Below, in pieces: positions 8,149-17,210 of a DNA stretch of 35,641 nucleotides. Each line of letters begins with the position of its first letter. Positions within the stretch are counted from its first letter, which is position 1. Below the pieces are notes generated by a model. It searched no databases. It was not told the DNA's origin and saw nothing but the letters and a program-made list of their open reading frames with translations. The position numbers and the translations under genes are program-made. This DNA comes from Dehalococcoidia bacterium UBA2162 (GTDB taxonomy: Bacteria > Chloroflexota > Dehalococcoidia > Dehalococcoidales > UBA2162): assembly GCA_002335405.1 (NCBI GenBank), contig DCWM01000056.1:1-35641 (forward strand). The letters run 5' to 3'.

Positions 8149-9624
8149 GTGGTACAAAAGCTAGATCTTCTTTTGGTAAATCCGGGTAGTCGTTCTCAAG
8201 TATATGGCAAGCTTGCCTCCTCGCTTTCTGGTATTGAGCCGCCCATTTGGGCAGGATTGATTGCCGCCGTGGTTCGTCAGCAAGGTTTTTCGGTTAAGCT
8301 AATCGATGCCGAGGCGGAAAACTGGAGTCCGGAGTACACTGCTGAGAAAGTGGCCGAGGAGGATCCTTTCTTGACTGACATTGAGGTACTTGGTTCGAAC
8401 CCTTCGGCATCATCAACACCTAAAATGACGGCAGCGGGTGAAGTTGCTAGAGCCTTGAAGCATAAAGCACCACAGAGTAAGACGATTTTTAGTGGTCTTC
8501 ACCCATCGTCTCTTCCGCAACGGACCCTAAGAGAAGAAGCAGCTGATTTTGTTTGCCAGGGGGAGGGGTTTCATACTATTCCGCTCCTTTTAAAGGTACT
8601 TAAATCAAACTCCGACTTTAATTTGGGGCGAATCCCAGGTCTTTGGTATGCTGAGAAAGACCAGATAACTCCGATGGAGTCATGGGCACCACTGGTTAAT
8701 CCCGATGAGTTGCCGATGACGGCCTGGGATTTGTTGCCGATGGGTAGGTATCGGGCTCATAACTGGCATTGTTTCGATCGCATCGACCAGCGGCAGCCCT
8801 ATGCGGTTGTTTATACCAGCTTGGGTTGTCCTTTTAATTGTAGCTATTGTAATATCCATGCTATTTATGATGGTAAACCGGGTATACGTTTTCGTAGTCC
8901 GGAGAAGGTCGTTGAGGAAATAGACTTTTTAGTAAAAAACTACAAAGTGCGTAATATCAAGTTCCTCGATGAGTTGTTTGCTATTAACGAGGACCGTGTG
9001 ATGCGTATTTGTGACCTCATTATTCAGGGTGGTTATAATTTGAACATCTGGGCTTACGCTCGAGTGGATACGGTCAATGAAGGAATGCTAAGAAAAATGA
9101 AACAGGCTGGTATCAACTGGCTGGCATATGGGTTTGAGTCGGCTAGCGCTGAGGTTCGTCGAGGTGTATCCAAAAAATTCGAAGCGGATGTGGTCTCTAG
9201 GGTGGTGGCGATGACTCAGGCGGCTGGTATTTACATCATCGGTAATTTTATCTTCGGTCTGCCTGACGACGATCATGGAACGATGAGAGAGACACTCGAT
9301 ATGGCTAAAGAATTTAATTTTGAGTATGTAAATTTTTATACGGCAATGGCTTACCCCGGATCTCAGTTGTATGAGAATGCCGTTAAGCAAGGTGTTGCTT
9401 TACCGAAAGAGTGGTATGGGTATAGCCAATATGCCGAAGAAACTCTTCCCTTATCGACGAAGTACTTGTCTGCCGCCGAGGTATTGCGCTTTCGCGACAG
9501 GGCTTTTAAGGAATACTTCAGCAATCCGAGATATTTAGCTATGATTAAGGAAAAGTTTGGCTCGAAGGTAGTTGAGCATATCGAGGGGATGCTGAAACAC
9601 GAAATTCTTCGGAAGTTTGTTTAA
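8149..9624 (+). CDS. B12-binding-domain radical SAM enzyme (class B radical SAM)
   Basis: N-terminal Rossmann-like cobalamin-binding-type domain (LDLLLVNPG...IEPPIWAGLIAA...) followed by the CPFNCSYCN CxxxCxxC cluster motif at 8827-8853. GTG start lies 4 nt after the kinase stop. Confidence 0.8.
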   Translation: MVQKLDLLLVNPGSRSQVYGKLASSLSGIEPPIWAGLIAAVVRQQGFSVKLIDAEAENWSPEYTAEKVAEEDPFLTDIEVLGSNPSASSTPKMTAAGEVARALKHKAPQSKTIFSGLHPSSLPQRTLREEAADFVCQGEGFHTIPLLLKVLKSNSDFNLGRIPGLWYAEKDQITPMESWAPLVNPDELPMTAWDLLPMGRYRAHNWHCFDRIDQRQPYAVVYTSLGCPFNCSYCNIHAIYDGKPGIRFRSPEKVVEEIDFLVKNYKVRNIKFLDELFAINEDRVMRICDLIIQGGYNLNIWAYARVDTVNEGMLRKMKQAGINWLAYGFESASAEVRRGVSKKFEADVVSRVVAMTQAAGIYIIGNFIFGLPDDDHGTMRETLDMAKEFNFEYVNFYTAMAYPGSQLYENAVKQGVALPKEWYGYSQYAEETLPLSTKYLSAAEVLRFRDRAFKEYFSNPRYLAMIKEKFGSKVVEHIEGMLKHEILRKFV

Positions 9625-9645
9625 AGTGAGCTACGGAGGTATAAG

Positions 9646-10764
9646 TTGCGAGTATCGTTCGGTGAATTAAGAATCGGTGCTTCCGCTCGGAAATATGTGC
9701 AGAGGGCTCTGGATAAGAGCTGGGTTTCGGAAGGAGCGAATGTTGCCGAATTTGAAGAAAAGTTCGCTAGTAAATTCGGTTATAAGCATGCCATCGCGAC
9801 CAGTTCCGGGACAGACGCCGATATTTGCAGTTGCGCTATGCTCTATAATTTTGGGGCGAGAAGAGGCGATGAGATTATTCTGCCGGCCGCATGCTTTGTG
9901 TCGTGTGCTAATTCTATTCTAGCTGCTGGGTTTGTACCTAAATTCGTTGATATTGAGCTAAAAACTCTGAATATCGACCCGAAGAAAATCGAAGCAGCGA
10001 TTACGGGTAAGACCAGAGCCATCATGGCGGTTCATACTATGGGTAAACCGTGTGAGATGGACTCGATTATAAAAATTGCACGGGCGCATAATCTAATAGT
10101 TATCGAGGATAGCTGTGAAGCTCACGGTGCCACTTACAAAGGTAAGGTGGTTGGTAATATGGGTGATATGGGTACTTTTAGTTTCTACCCGGCTCATGTC
10201 GTTGTCGCGGGCGAAGGTGGTATGGTAGTGACCGATAATGATGAGATTGACTGTGTAGTCCGTTCGGTTAAATCTCATGGTCGTCCCTTTGGCAGTAACT
10301 ATTTTGATTTTCAGCGTATCGGTTTTAATTCAAGGATGAATGAGCTGACTGCCGCCGTCGGTCTAGAAGGTTTAGAGCACTTCGATGAGACTTTCAACCA
10401 GCGTAAAGATAATTTTTATAAACTTCTGGAGCTAACCACAGATTTATCTGAGTATGTTTACTTACCTGAGGAAGAAAGCTACGAAAAATTGAGCCCTCAT
10501 GCTTTTTCGCTGGTTTTGAAAGATAAGAAATACGGCGGCACCAGATTCTGCAAATACCTGGAATCCAAAGGGATTCAATGTAAGACTTTGTTCGGTAGTT
10601 TACCGACTCAACATCAGGCCTTCGCGTTCATGAATCAAAAATACGGTCAGTTCCCGGTGTCCGAATATGTCGGAGAAAACGGTCTGCACTTTGGTATGCA
10701 CCAGTATTTAACTGATGATGATTTAGTCTTTGTTGGCGACACCCTGAAGGGTTATTTCAAATAG
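9646..10764 (+). CDS. DegT/DnrJ/EryC1/StrS-family PLP/PMP enzyme with His at the Schiff-base Lys position (ColD/E1-type sugar 3-dehydratase-like)
   Basis: Fold-type I sugar aminotransferase blocks are present (GDEIILPA, IEDSCEAHGA, FSFYPAHVVVAGEGG). In the SF...K....GEGG block the Lys is replaced by His184 (CAT at 10195-10197). TTG start follows GGAGG (9635-9639). Confidence 0.8.
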   Translation: MRVSFGELRIGASARKYVQRALDKSWVSEGANVAEFEEKFASKFGYKHAIATSSGTDADICSCAMLYNFGARRGDEIILPAACFVSCANSILAAGFVPKFVDIELKTLNIDPKKIEAAITGKTRAIMAVHTMGKPCEMDSIIKIARAHNLIVIEDSCEAHGATYKGKVVGNMGDMGTFSFYPAHVVVAGEGGMVVTDNDEIDCVVRSVKSHGRPFGSNYFDFQRIGFNSRMNELTAAVGLEGLEHFDETFNQRKDNFYKLLELTTDLSEYVYLPEEESYEKLSPHAFSLVLKDKKYGGTRFCKYLESKGIQCKTLFGSLPTQHQAFAFMNQKYGQFPVSEYVGENGLHFGMHQYLTDDDLVFVGDTLKGYFK

Positions 10765-10783
10765 GCGGTATTCAGCGAGTACT

Positions 10784-12277
10784 TTGAATACTATCCAAAG
10801 AATCGCCAAGAACGTAGCCGTACTTACCATCGCTGAGATTACGACTGCGGTTATCGGTCTCTTCTTCATTATGTATGTTGCCCGCTATCTAGGGGCAGAG
10901 GGATTTGGTATTCTATCCTTTGCGCTGGCCTTTACTGCTATTTTTGGTGTATTTACCGATATTGGCTTAAACCCGCTAACGACAAGAGAGGTTGTTAGGA
11001 ATAAGGCCTTGGCCCCAAAATACTTAGGAAATATTACTGGCTTAAAAATAATCTTGACCACGGTTACCTTCGGGTTAATTGTCCTAGTAATAAACCTCTT
11101 AAGTTATCCAGACCAAACGAAAAACATCGTCTATCTTATCGCTCTATTTCTTGTTTTTAATGCTTTCAGTACGACGTTTTACTCAATCTTTCAGGCACAC
11201 GAGAGGATGGAGTTCGTCACCCTGGGGCGGATTTTCAATGGTGTTTTACTCTTAGCCGGAGCTTTATTTGCTGTCGGTCAAGGCTTGAGCATAGTCGTTC
11301 TTGCATCTGTGTATCTTCTGGCCAGCGCGATTACTTTAGTATTTAATGGTATTGTCTCAATCTGGAAATTTACTAAACCAAGGATAGAGATTGATTTTGG
11401 TTTTTGGAAAGAAACCATTAAGCAAGCGTGGCCTTTCGGCCTAGCTGGAGTCTTTACCGGCATCTACTTCTGGCTGGACTCGGTTATGCTTTCTTTTATG
11501 AAGGGAGATGAGGTGGTTGGCTGGTATAGTGCTGCCTACCGACTAGTTTTCGCTCTAACGGTTATTCCTGGTGTATATTTTACCTCTGTCTTTCCGGTCA
11601 TGTCCAGATATTATGTCACATCGAGAGAATCCTTGAGGCTTATCTATGAAAAATCCATTAAATACATGTTTATTCTTGCTGTTCCGATTGCTATTGGGAC
11701 AACTATTCTGGCAGATAAGGCGATAATGTTAATATTTGGTCTCGGATATTCCAATTCCATAATTGCTCTTCAAATACTCGTCTGGGCGGTGGCATTTTTC
11801 TTTATTGGTGCCGGTTTTGCACGGTTATTTGAGTCATCAAATAAGCAGGTAATAGTAACTATGGTAGCTGGAAGCTGTGCCTTGCTGAATGTAGTTCTAA
11901 ATCTAATCCTCATTCCGAAGTACAGCTATATAGGGGCGAGCATTGCTACGCTTGTGGCTGAGTTTGCTACTCTAGCTCTTCTCCTACTCTGGAGTTCTAA
12001 GATTGGGTATGGTATTTCCGGGAAAAAGCTTATAAATATCCTGACTAACACTCTGGCAGCCGGCCTCGTGATGTGTGGTTTTGTTTTTGTTTTGCAGGAT
12101 TTAACTGTATGGGCGCTGGTGCCACTATCAGCCTTACTCTACTTCATAGTGCTATTCATAATTAGAGGTATAGATGGAGAAGACATACTGTTACTTAAAC
12201 AGATGGTCCTCAAACAGCAAACCGAGACAGATATCACTGAAAAGGATAGTAAACCAAAGGATTTTACTGAAGGATAA
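10784..12277 (+). CDS. Wzx-like oligosaccharide flippase (MOP superfamily polysaccharide biosynthesis protein)
   Basis: 497-aa highly hydrophobic protein with many predicted TM segments. The N-terminus IAKNVAVLTIAEI... is typical of Wzx/RfbX-type flippases, and the gene sits in a glycan locus. Confidence 0.8.
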   Translation: MNTIQRIAKNVAVLTIAEITTAVIGLFFIMYVARYLGAEGFGILSFALAFTAIFGVFTDIGLNPLTTREVVRNKALAPKYLGNITGLKIILTTVTFGLIVLVINLLSYPDQTKNIVYLIALFLVFNAFSTTFYSIFQAHERMEFVTLGRIFNGVLLLAGALFAVGQGLSIVVLASVYLLASAITLVFNGIVSIWKFTKPRIEIDFGFWKETIKQAWPFGLAGVFTGIYFWLDSVMLSFMKGDEVVGWYSAAYRLVFALTVIPGVYFTSVFPVMSRYYVTSRESLRLIYEKSIKYMFILAVPIAIGTTILADKAIMLIFGLGYSNSIIALQILVWAVAFFFIGAGFARLFESSNKQVIVTMVAGSCALLNVVLNLILIPKYSYIGASIATLVAEFATLALLLLWSSKIGYGISGKKLINILTNTLAAGLVMCGFVFVLQDLTVWALVPLSALLYFIVLFIIRGIDGEDILLLKQMVLKQQTETDITEKDSKPKDFTEG

Positions 12278-12407
12278 GTACAATATAGTACCAGAAAAGA
12301 TGTATTGTCTTAGCTCCCGATAGCGGTGTATGGTCTTACATCAAGAGGAGAGACTCGCTTCTTCAAGCTAAGGTAGATTAGCGGCTTCGGTAAACAGGGA
12401 TATAGAT

Positions 12408-13316
12408 ATGAAAGATAACGTATTTCAACTTATAAGTCATGGTGAGAAGGAAGGTGTTGCCGATAAGCCATTGGTTAGCATTATTACCCCGGTTCTCAAC
12501 AGAGTTCAATATGTAGAGGAATGTATTCTGAATATATTCAATCAGACATACCCTAATATAGAGCATATCTTTGTTGATGGTAGTTCTACCGATGGTACGC
12601 TAGAAGTGTTATCCAGGTATCGAGCTAAAAACCCTGATCGAGTAAGGTATATTTCAGAATCTGATAATGGTTTAGGGGATGCGGTTAATAAAGGCTGGAG
12701 AATGGCGAAAGGAGAAATCTTAGGTTGGATTGATACAGGCGATACTTACGAGCTAGATGCTATTCAGGCAGTAGTAGATGCTTTTCGGACTTATCCAGAT
12801 GTCGGTGTTGTCTTTGGTGGTGGTCGCATGATAAATGATAATGGCGAATTTTTGAGAACATACATAACTAAGGACTTTAATTTAAAGGATACAATTAATG
12901 ATAGAAATCAGATGCATACGCCACCGTCAGCTTTTTATAGGCAAGGGGTTATCAGAGGAACAGACTGGTTATTACCTAACTCTGGGGATTCATTTGAACT
13001 GCACATAATGGCAGGAAAGTCATACAAAATACATCGAATTGATAAGTTAATATTTACTATAAGATTGCAAAGCGACAGCATAACCTACTCCAAAAGTGGT
13101 AGGGGATTGGTAAGGGAAAGTTTCCGGACTGGCTATCTTGTGTGCAGGAAGTATGGCGGTAGCATATTCGCGCCCCGCTGCAGAAGGTATTTTATCTTTA
13201 TGGTGCTGGACAGACTGCGGCTTTATGATTTCGTGGTTCTGGTAGTCTTAGTAAGACTACGACGTTATTCATTTATTAATAAACTGCTATCAAAACTAGG
13301 GATGGTTACTAATTGA
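12408..13316 (+). CDS. Family 2 glycosyltransferase (GT-A fold), paralogue 1
   Basis: PLVSIITPVLNRVQYVEECILNIFNQTYPNIEHIFVDGSSTDGT is a typical GT2 N-terminus. It contains the left copy of the 60-bp inverted repeat (residues 102-121). Confidence 0.85.
   Translation: MKDNVFQLISHGEKEGVADKPLVSIITPVLNRVQYVEECILNIFNQTYPNIEHIFVDGSSTDGTLEVLSRYRAKNPDRVRYISESDNGLGDAVNKGWRMAKGEILGWIDTGDTYELDAIQAVVDAFRTYPDVGVVFGGGRMINDNGEFLRTYITKDFNLKDTINDRNQMHTPPSAFYRQGVIRGTDWLLPNSGDSFELHIMAGKSYKIHRIDKLIFTIRLQSDSITYSKSGRGLVRESFRTGYLVCRKYGGSIFAPRCRRYFIFMVLDRLRLYDFVVLVVLVRLRRYSFINKLLSKLGMVTN
12711..12770. repeat. Left arm of the perfect 60-bp inverted repeat
   Basis: GGAGAAATCTTAGGTTGGATTGATACAGGCGATACTTACGAGCTAGATGCTATTCAGGCA is the exact reverse complement of 18711-18770. 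Identity ends abruptly at 12710 and 12771. Confidence 0.99.
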
Positions 13317-14218
13317 CGACTAGAAATAAACCATTGGTGAGTATCGTTACACCGGTTCTTAATGGTGTTAGATATTTGGAGGAATGTATTCAAAGTGTCT
13401 TGAACCAAAATTATCCTAACATCGAACATGTTTTTATCGATGGCGTTTCCACCGATGGGACTCTGGAGATGCTGGCTGACTACAAGGCAAAATATCCTGA
13501 CCGGATAAGGTTTATTTCGGAATCGGATAAGAGCGCCGGGGATGCATGGATTAAGGGCGTAAAAATAGCAAAAGGGGCGATTTTGGGTTGGTTGGGCGCA
13601 GATGATACCTATTGTCCGGATGCCATCCAGACGGTAGTAAAATTCTTTGAAACGAACCAGGATACCTATTTTATGTTCGGTGGCTGCAACTACATAAATG
13701 AAAGAGGTAAGCTAATTAAGCAAGTTGTAACCAAAGATTTTAATTTGGAGGAGGCAATCAACGATTCGTGCAGTATACCATGTACTTCGGCATTTTATAA
13801 ACAAGAAATAATCGAGAGGGTAAGTCCAGATATCATTGCGGAACAGGATAGCGAGCTAGAATATTGGATAATGGTTGGGGAGGTATTTAAGATTTACCGG
13901 ATTGACGATATACTTTCCAACTTTAGGTTATACAATGATAAAGCCCGCGCCCGTAATGACATATATAGTTTTGCACGCACGACTTTTATGATGGGAAGAC
14001 GACACGGAGCCGGTCTTTTTTCTCCTTGTGCGAGAAGATACTACATGGCTCTGGTAAGTCGCCCGTTACAGCCGCTTCTCGACCCCATTTTCCACTTTAT
14101 GAGTACTGGTGATACAGATAGGGGGGGCTTTTTGGTAAAGGTAACCCGCCCGCTCCATCCAATCTTAGGTTCCCTTTATCACTTTATAGTGGGCAGCAAA
14201 CCATCAGGGAAAAAATAA
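13313..14218 (+). CDS. Family 2 glycosyltransferase (GT-A fold), paralogue 2
   Basis: PLVSIVTPVLNGVRYLEECIQSVLNQNYPNIEHVFIDGVSTDGT is colinear with the upstream GT2. TTG start overlaps the upstream stop by 4 nt. Confidence 0.85.
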   Translation: MTTRNKPLVSIVTPVLNGVRYLEECIQSVLNQNYPNIEHVFIDGVSTDGTLEMLADYKAKYPDRIRFISESDKSAGDAWIKGVKIAKGAILGWLGADDTYCPDAIQTVVKFFETNQDTYFMFGGCNYINERGKLIKQVVTKDFNLEEAINDSCSIPCTSAFYKQEIIERVSPDIIAEQDSELEYWIMVGEVFKIYRIDDILSNFRLYNDKARARNDIYSFARTTFMMGRRHGAGLFSPCARRYYMALVSRPLQPLLDPIFHFMSTGDTDRGGFLVKVTRPLHPILGSLYHFIVGSKPSGKK

Positions 14219-14233
14219 GGGTTATCAAGTTAT

Positions 14234-14887
14234 TCATTCCTTCACTTTTATGACCTTTGCCGGTACTCCCACTGCGACTACCTTGGCGGGTATATCCTTA
14301 ATAACTACGGTACCCGCACCAACAGTAGTCCATTCTCCCACCGATACCTCGTGTATAAAGTTTGCACCTGTACCAACATAAACTCCTTCGCCCAGTTGGT
14401 CATTGCCATTTACTATTACCATAGGGAGTAATGAACAGTAGTTACCTATAATTGCATCATGCCCTATAGAGCAGTTTGCATTAATCTGAACATGGTTTCC
14501 CAGAACTATGTTTACTGTTAGTACTACTCCAGCACAGATAACAATATCTTCTCCTAGCTCCACAAATTCGGACATTATTACTGACGGATGTATAGCATTA
14601 TAGAATTTGATACCCATCGCTTGTAGTCTCTCAACTACTTGCTTTCGTATTTCACAATTACCTATGGCACAGATACAGCCCAGGTTGGTATTATTGTGTG
14701 CTTTTAGCCACTCTAATCCCCCAAGAACAGGATAACCATTCGTTTCCTTCCCGTGTAGTTTTTCGTTCTCATCAATAAACCCCAGAATATTCCAGACCAT
14801 GGATATTTGGTTCTGTGCTTTGAATATCTCCAAAACCTCTCTGCCAAAACCTCCGGCTCCTACGATGACTACTGAGTTCATTCCCAT
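14234..14887 (-). CDS. NeuD/PglD-family sugar N/O-acetyltransferase (left-handed beta-helix)
   Basis: N-terminal VVIVGAGGFGREVLEIF Rossmann-like domain followed by hexapeptide repeats (IGNYCSLLPMVIVNGNDQLGEGVYVGTGANF). Confidence 0.85.
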   Translation of the reverse strand: MGMNSVVIVGAGGFGREVLEIFKAQNQISMVWNILGFIDENEKLHGKETNGYPVLGGLEWLKAHNNTNLGCICAIGNCEIRKQVVERLQAMGIKFYNAIHPSVIMSEFVELGEDIVICAGVVLTVNIVLGNHVQINANCSIGHDAIIGNYCSLLPMVIVNGNDQLGEGVYVGTGANFIHEVSVGEWTTVGAGTVVIKDIPAKVVAVGVPAKVIKVKE

Positions 14888-14889
14888 AT

Positions 14890-16044
14890 TTAGTCTTCCT
14901 GTGCTGTACTTCCAGTAAAGAAATCTTGTATTTGCTCTACAATATAATCCATTTCTTCTCGAGTTAATGTGGCGTACATTGGTAATGTCAGAACTTCAGA
15001 TGCTATCTTTTCGGTCAAAGGCAAATGACCTTCTCGGTAGTCAAATTGCTGGCGGTAGAATTGCGTTAAGTGCACTGGGTTAAAATACACCCTAGACATG
15101 ACCCCATGCCTGGCTAAATATGCCTCAAGTTTGTCCCTGATACCTTCTCCCACATTCAGTCTGACGGTGTTTAGCTGATAGACATGAGTATAACCCTCCG
15201 GTATTTTAGAAACTCTAATCTCTTCTATCTCAGAAAGCCGGCTAGTGAGATACCTAGTATTTTCCCTTCTCATACGGATAATATCGTCTATTTTATCTAT
15301 CTGAGCTAATCCTAGAGCGGCAGTCATTGTGGACATCCTGAAGTTATATCCCAATGTTACATACTCCCCTGGCTTTGCTGAAGAAAAGTAATTGGTAGTG
15401 CCTGCTCTGCCTTGATTACTAATTAGTCTTGTTTTCTCGCATATTTCCTCAGAGTCTGTCAAAACCATACCACCTTCTCCTGTAGTGATTACCTTAGGGG
15501 CACAAAAACTCAGGATGGCAGAATCGCCGAAACTTCCGGTCTGCTTTCCGTTGACCGTAGCGCCAAGAGACTCGGCAGCATCTTCTAGTAGAACGAGGTT
15601 ATGCTTCTGGGCAATTTGTTTTAGTTTCTCGATATGGCATGGCAAGCCACCATAGTGGATAGGGATAATGGCTTTTGTCCTGGAGGTAATTTTCTTTTCT
15701 ACATCCTCTGGGTCAAGCCCATATGTTTCTTCTTCTATTTCAGCAAAGATAGGTTTAGCTCCAACAAAGAGAGGGGCATTAGCTGTGGCAATAAAAGTGA
15801 ATGATGGAACAATGACCTCATCTCCTGTTCCTATGCTATGTGCGGCGAGCGCAACATGTAAGGCGGAAGTACCGGAGTTTACCGCAATGGCATATCTCAC
15901 CCCAACATATTCACAGGTTCTTCTTTCGAATTCTGTAATCTCAGGTCCTATTGCCCAATAGTTCCCCTTTTCGATAACTGAGGTGACTTTCCTTACATCA
16001 TGTTCATCCCAGTATATTTTGAATAAGGGTATATTCCGAGTCAT
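14890..16044 (-). CDS. DegT/DnrJ/EryC1/StrS-family sugar aminotransferase (canonical Lys)
   Basis: AVNSGTSALHVAL, GDEVIVPSFTF, LLEDAAESLGA and LSFCAPKVITTGEGG blocks, with the Schiff-base Lys present. Confidence 0.9.
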   Translation of the reverse strand: MTRNIPLFKIYWDEHDVRKVTSVIEKGNYWAIGPEITEFERRTCEYVGVRYAIAVNSGTSALHVALAAHSIGTGDEVIVPSFTFIATANAPLFVGAKPIFAEIEEETYGLDPEDVEKKITSRTKAIIPIHYGGLPCHIEKLKQIAQKHNLVLLEDAAESLGATVNGKQTGSFGDSAILSFCAPKVITTGEGGMVLTDSEEICEKTRLISNQGRAGTTNYFSSAKPGEYVTLGYNFRMSTMTAALGLAQIDKIDDIIRMRRENTRYLTSRLSEIEEIRVSKIPEGYTHVYQLNTVRLNVGEGIRDKLEAYLARHGVMSRVYFNPVHLTQFYRQQFDYREGHLPLTEKIASEVLTLPMYATLTREEMDYIVEQIQDFFTGSTAQED

Positions 16045-16061
16045 TTCCCCTAAATCCTCTC

Positions 16062-17210
16062 TTATTTGTTCTGGGTTAAAGATTCATAAAGTTTCTCGTA
16101 TTTCTCGACTCCCGTTTGCCATGACAGGTTTGTCATTATATGTTGTCTCGTTTTCTGCGTTTTATTTCTTATGTCGGTGGGGTCATCGAGGATCTTTTGC
16201 ATTAAATCCATTAAGGCGGGTATATTACCATATTCTACTAAATACCCGCCATCTAGTTTACTTACAATTTCACCAGCGCCGGTATCTTTAGTGATTATGA
16301 CTGGAGTACCGGATAGGATTGCCTCAAAAGGGGAACCTGGCCCCCGCTCATACGTAGAGGTCTGAACTAGCATAACGGCATCTACGAGGGCAGATAGTTT
16401 ATCCATCCCGCTTAATAATCCCGTAAAGAGTACCTTTCCCGATAAACCTAATCTGTTGATTAGTTCTTCTAAGGTAGATTTATAACCCTGGTCAGGGCCT
16501 ACTATTGCCAGGATAATGTCTTCTCTTTGCTGTCTTAATTGGTGAAATGACTCAACTAAGAACCTAATCCCTTTTATTTGATGTATTCTACCCAAGAATA
16601 AAATTATATATTTCTCCTTAATGTTAAATTTGCGTCGGAATTGTCCTAAAGGTGGAAGTTGAGAAAATTCTTCAATGTTGTAGAAGGGAGGAATCAAAAC
16701 AATCTCAGGTTGCTTTATCCCCATTTCTTTATATTCACCAACTTCTGATTCAGTACCAGCAATGACTTTACTCGCTTTTCTTAATATTCTATAGCCAAAG
16801 AGCGTATCGAAGGTTCTTTTTAGATGCTGCTTTTGAAAAATAGGTAATACTCCACCATGAGCCTGCAAAATATAAGGCACACCGTATCTTGTGGCGTAAT
16901 ACTGAACTATTATATTTTGGAAGGTTCTATAGTTGTTCATGTGAATAGTATCGAAATATCTAATTTCTTCCTTTGCCCGCTTTATTATACCTGGCGTAAC
17001 TAAGAAATTGGCCAGACTCAGCCAAGTTTTGAAAGTATGAACCTTGACTTCAGGGATGGAACTTATGTATTTCTGACTTAGTTTGAAGTCGCTGGTATAA
17101 AGTGTGACTTCATGCCCCTTTTTGACCAGTTGATTTGTTAGTTGATACGTAGCTTCAGCTATACCACCGTGTACTGGCGCGAAAAGATTAGTCACTTGCA
17201 AAATTTTCAT
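16062..17210 (-). CDS. GT-B fold glycosyltransferase (GT4 / group 1 family)
   Basis: MKILQVTNLFAPVHGGIAE N-terminus and C-terminal E(x7)E-type region (YERGPGSPFEAILSGTPVI) are typical of GT4 enzymes. Confidence 0.85.
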   Translation of the reverse strand: MKILQVTNLFAPVHGGIAEATYQLTNQLVKKGHEVTLYTSDFKLSQKYISSIPEVKVHTFKTWLSLANFLVTPGIIKRAKEEIRYFDTIHMNNYRTFQNIIVQYYATRYGVPYILQAHGGVLPIFQKQHLKRTFDTLFGYRILRKASKVIAGTESEVGEYKEMGIKQPEIVLIPPFYNIEEFSQLPPLGQFRRKFNIKEKYIILFLGRIHQIKGIRFLVESFHQLRQQREDIILAIVGPDQGYKSTLEELINRLGLSGKVLFTGLLSGMDKLSALVDAVMLVQTSTYERGPGSPFEAILSGTPVIITKDTGAGEIVSKLDGGYLVEYGNIPALMDLMQKILDDPTDIRNKTQKTRQHIMTNLSWQTGVEKYEKLYESLTQNK

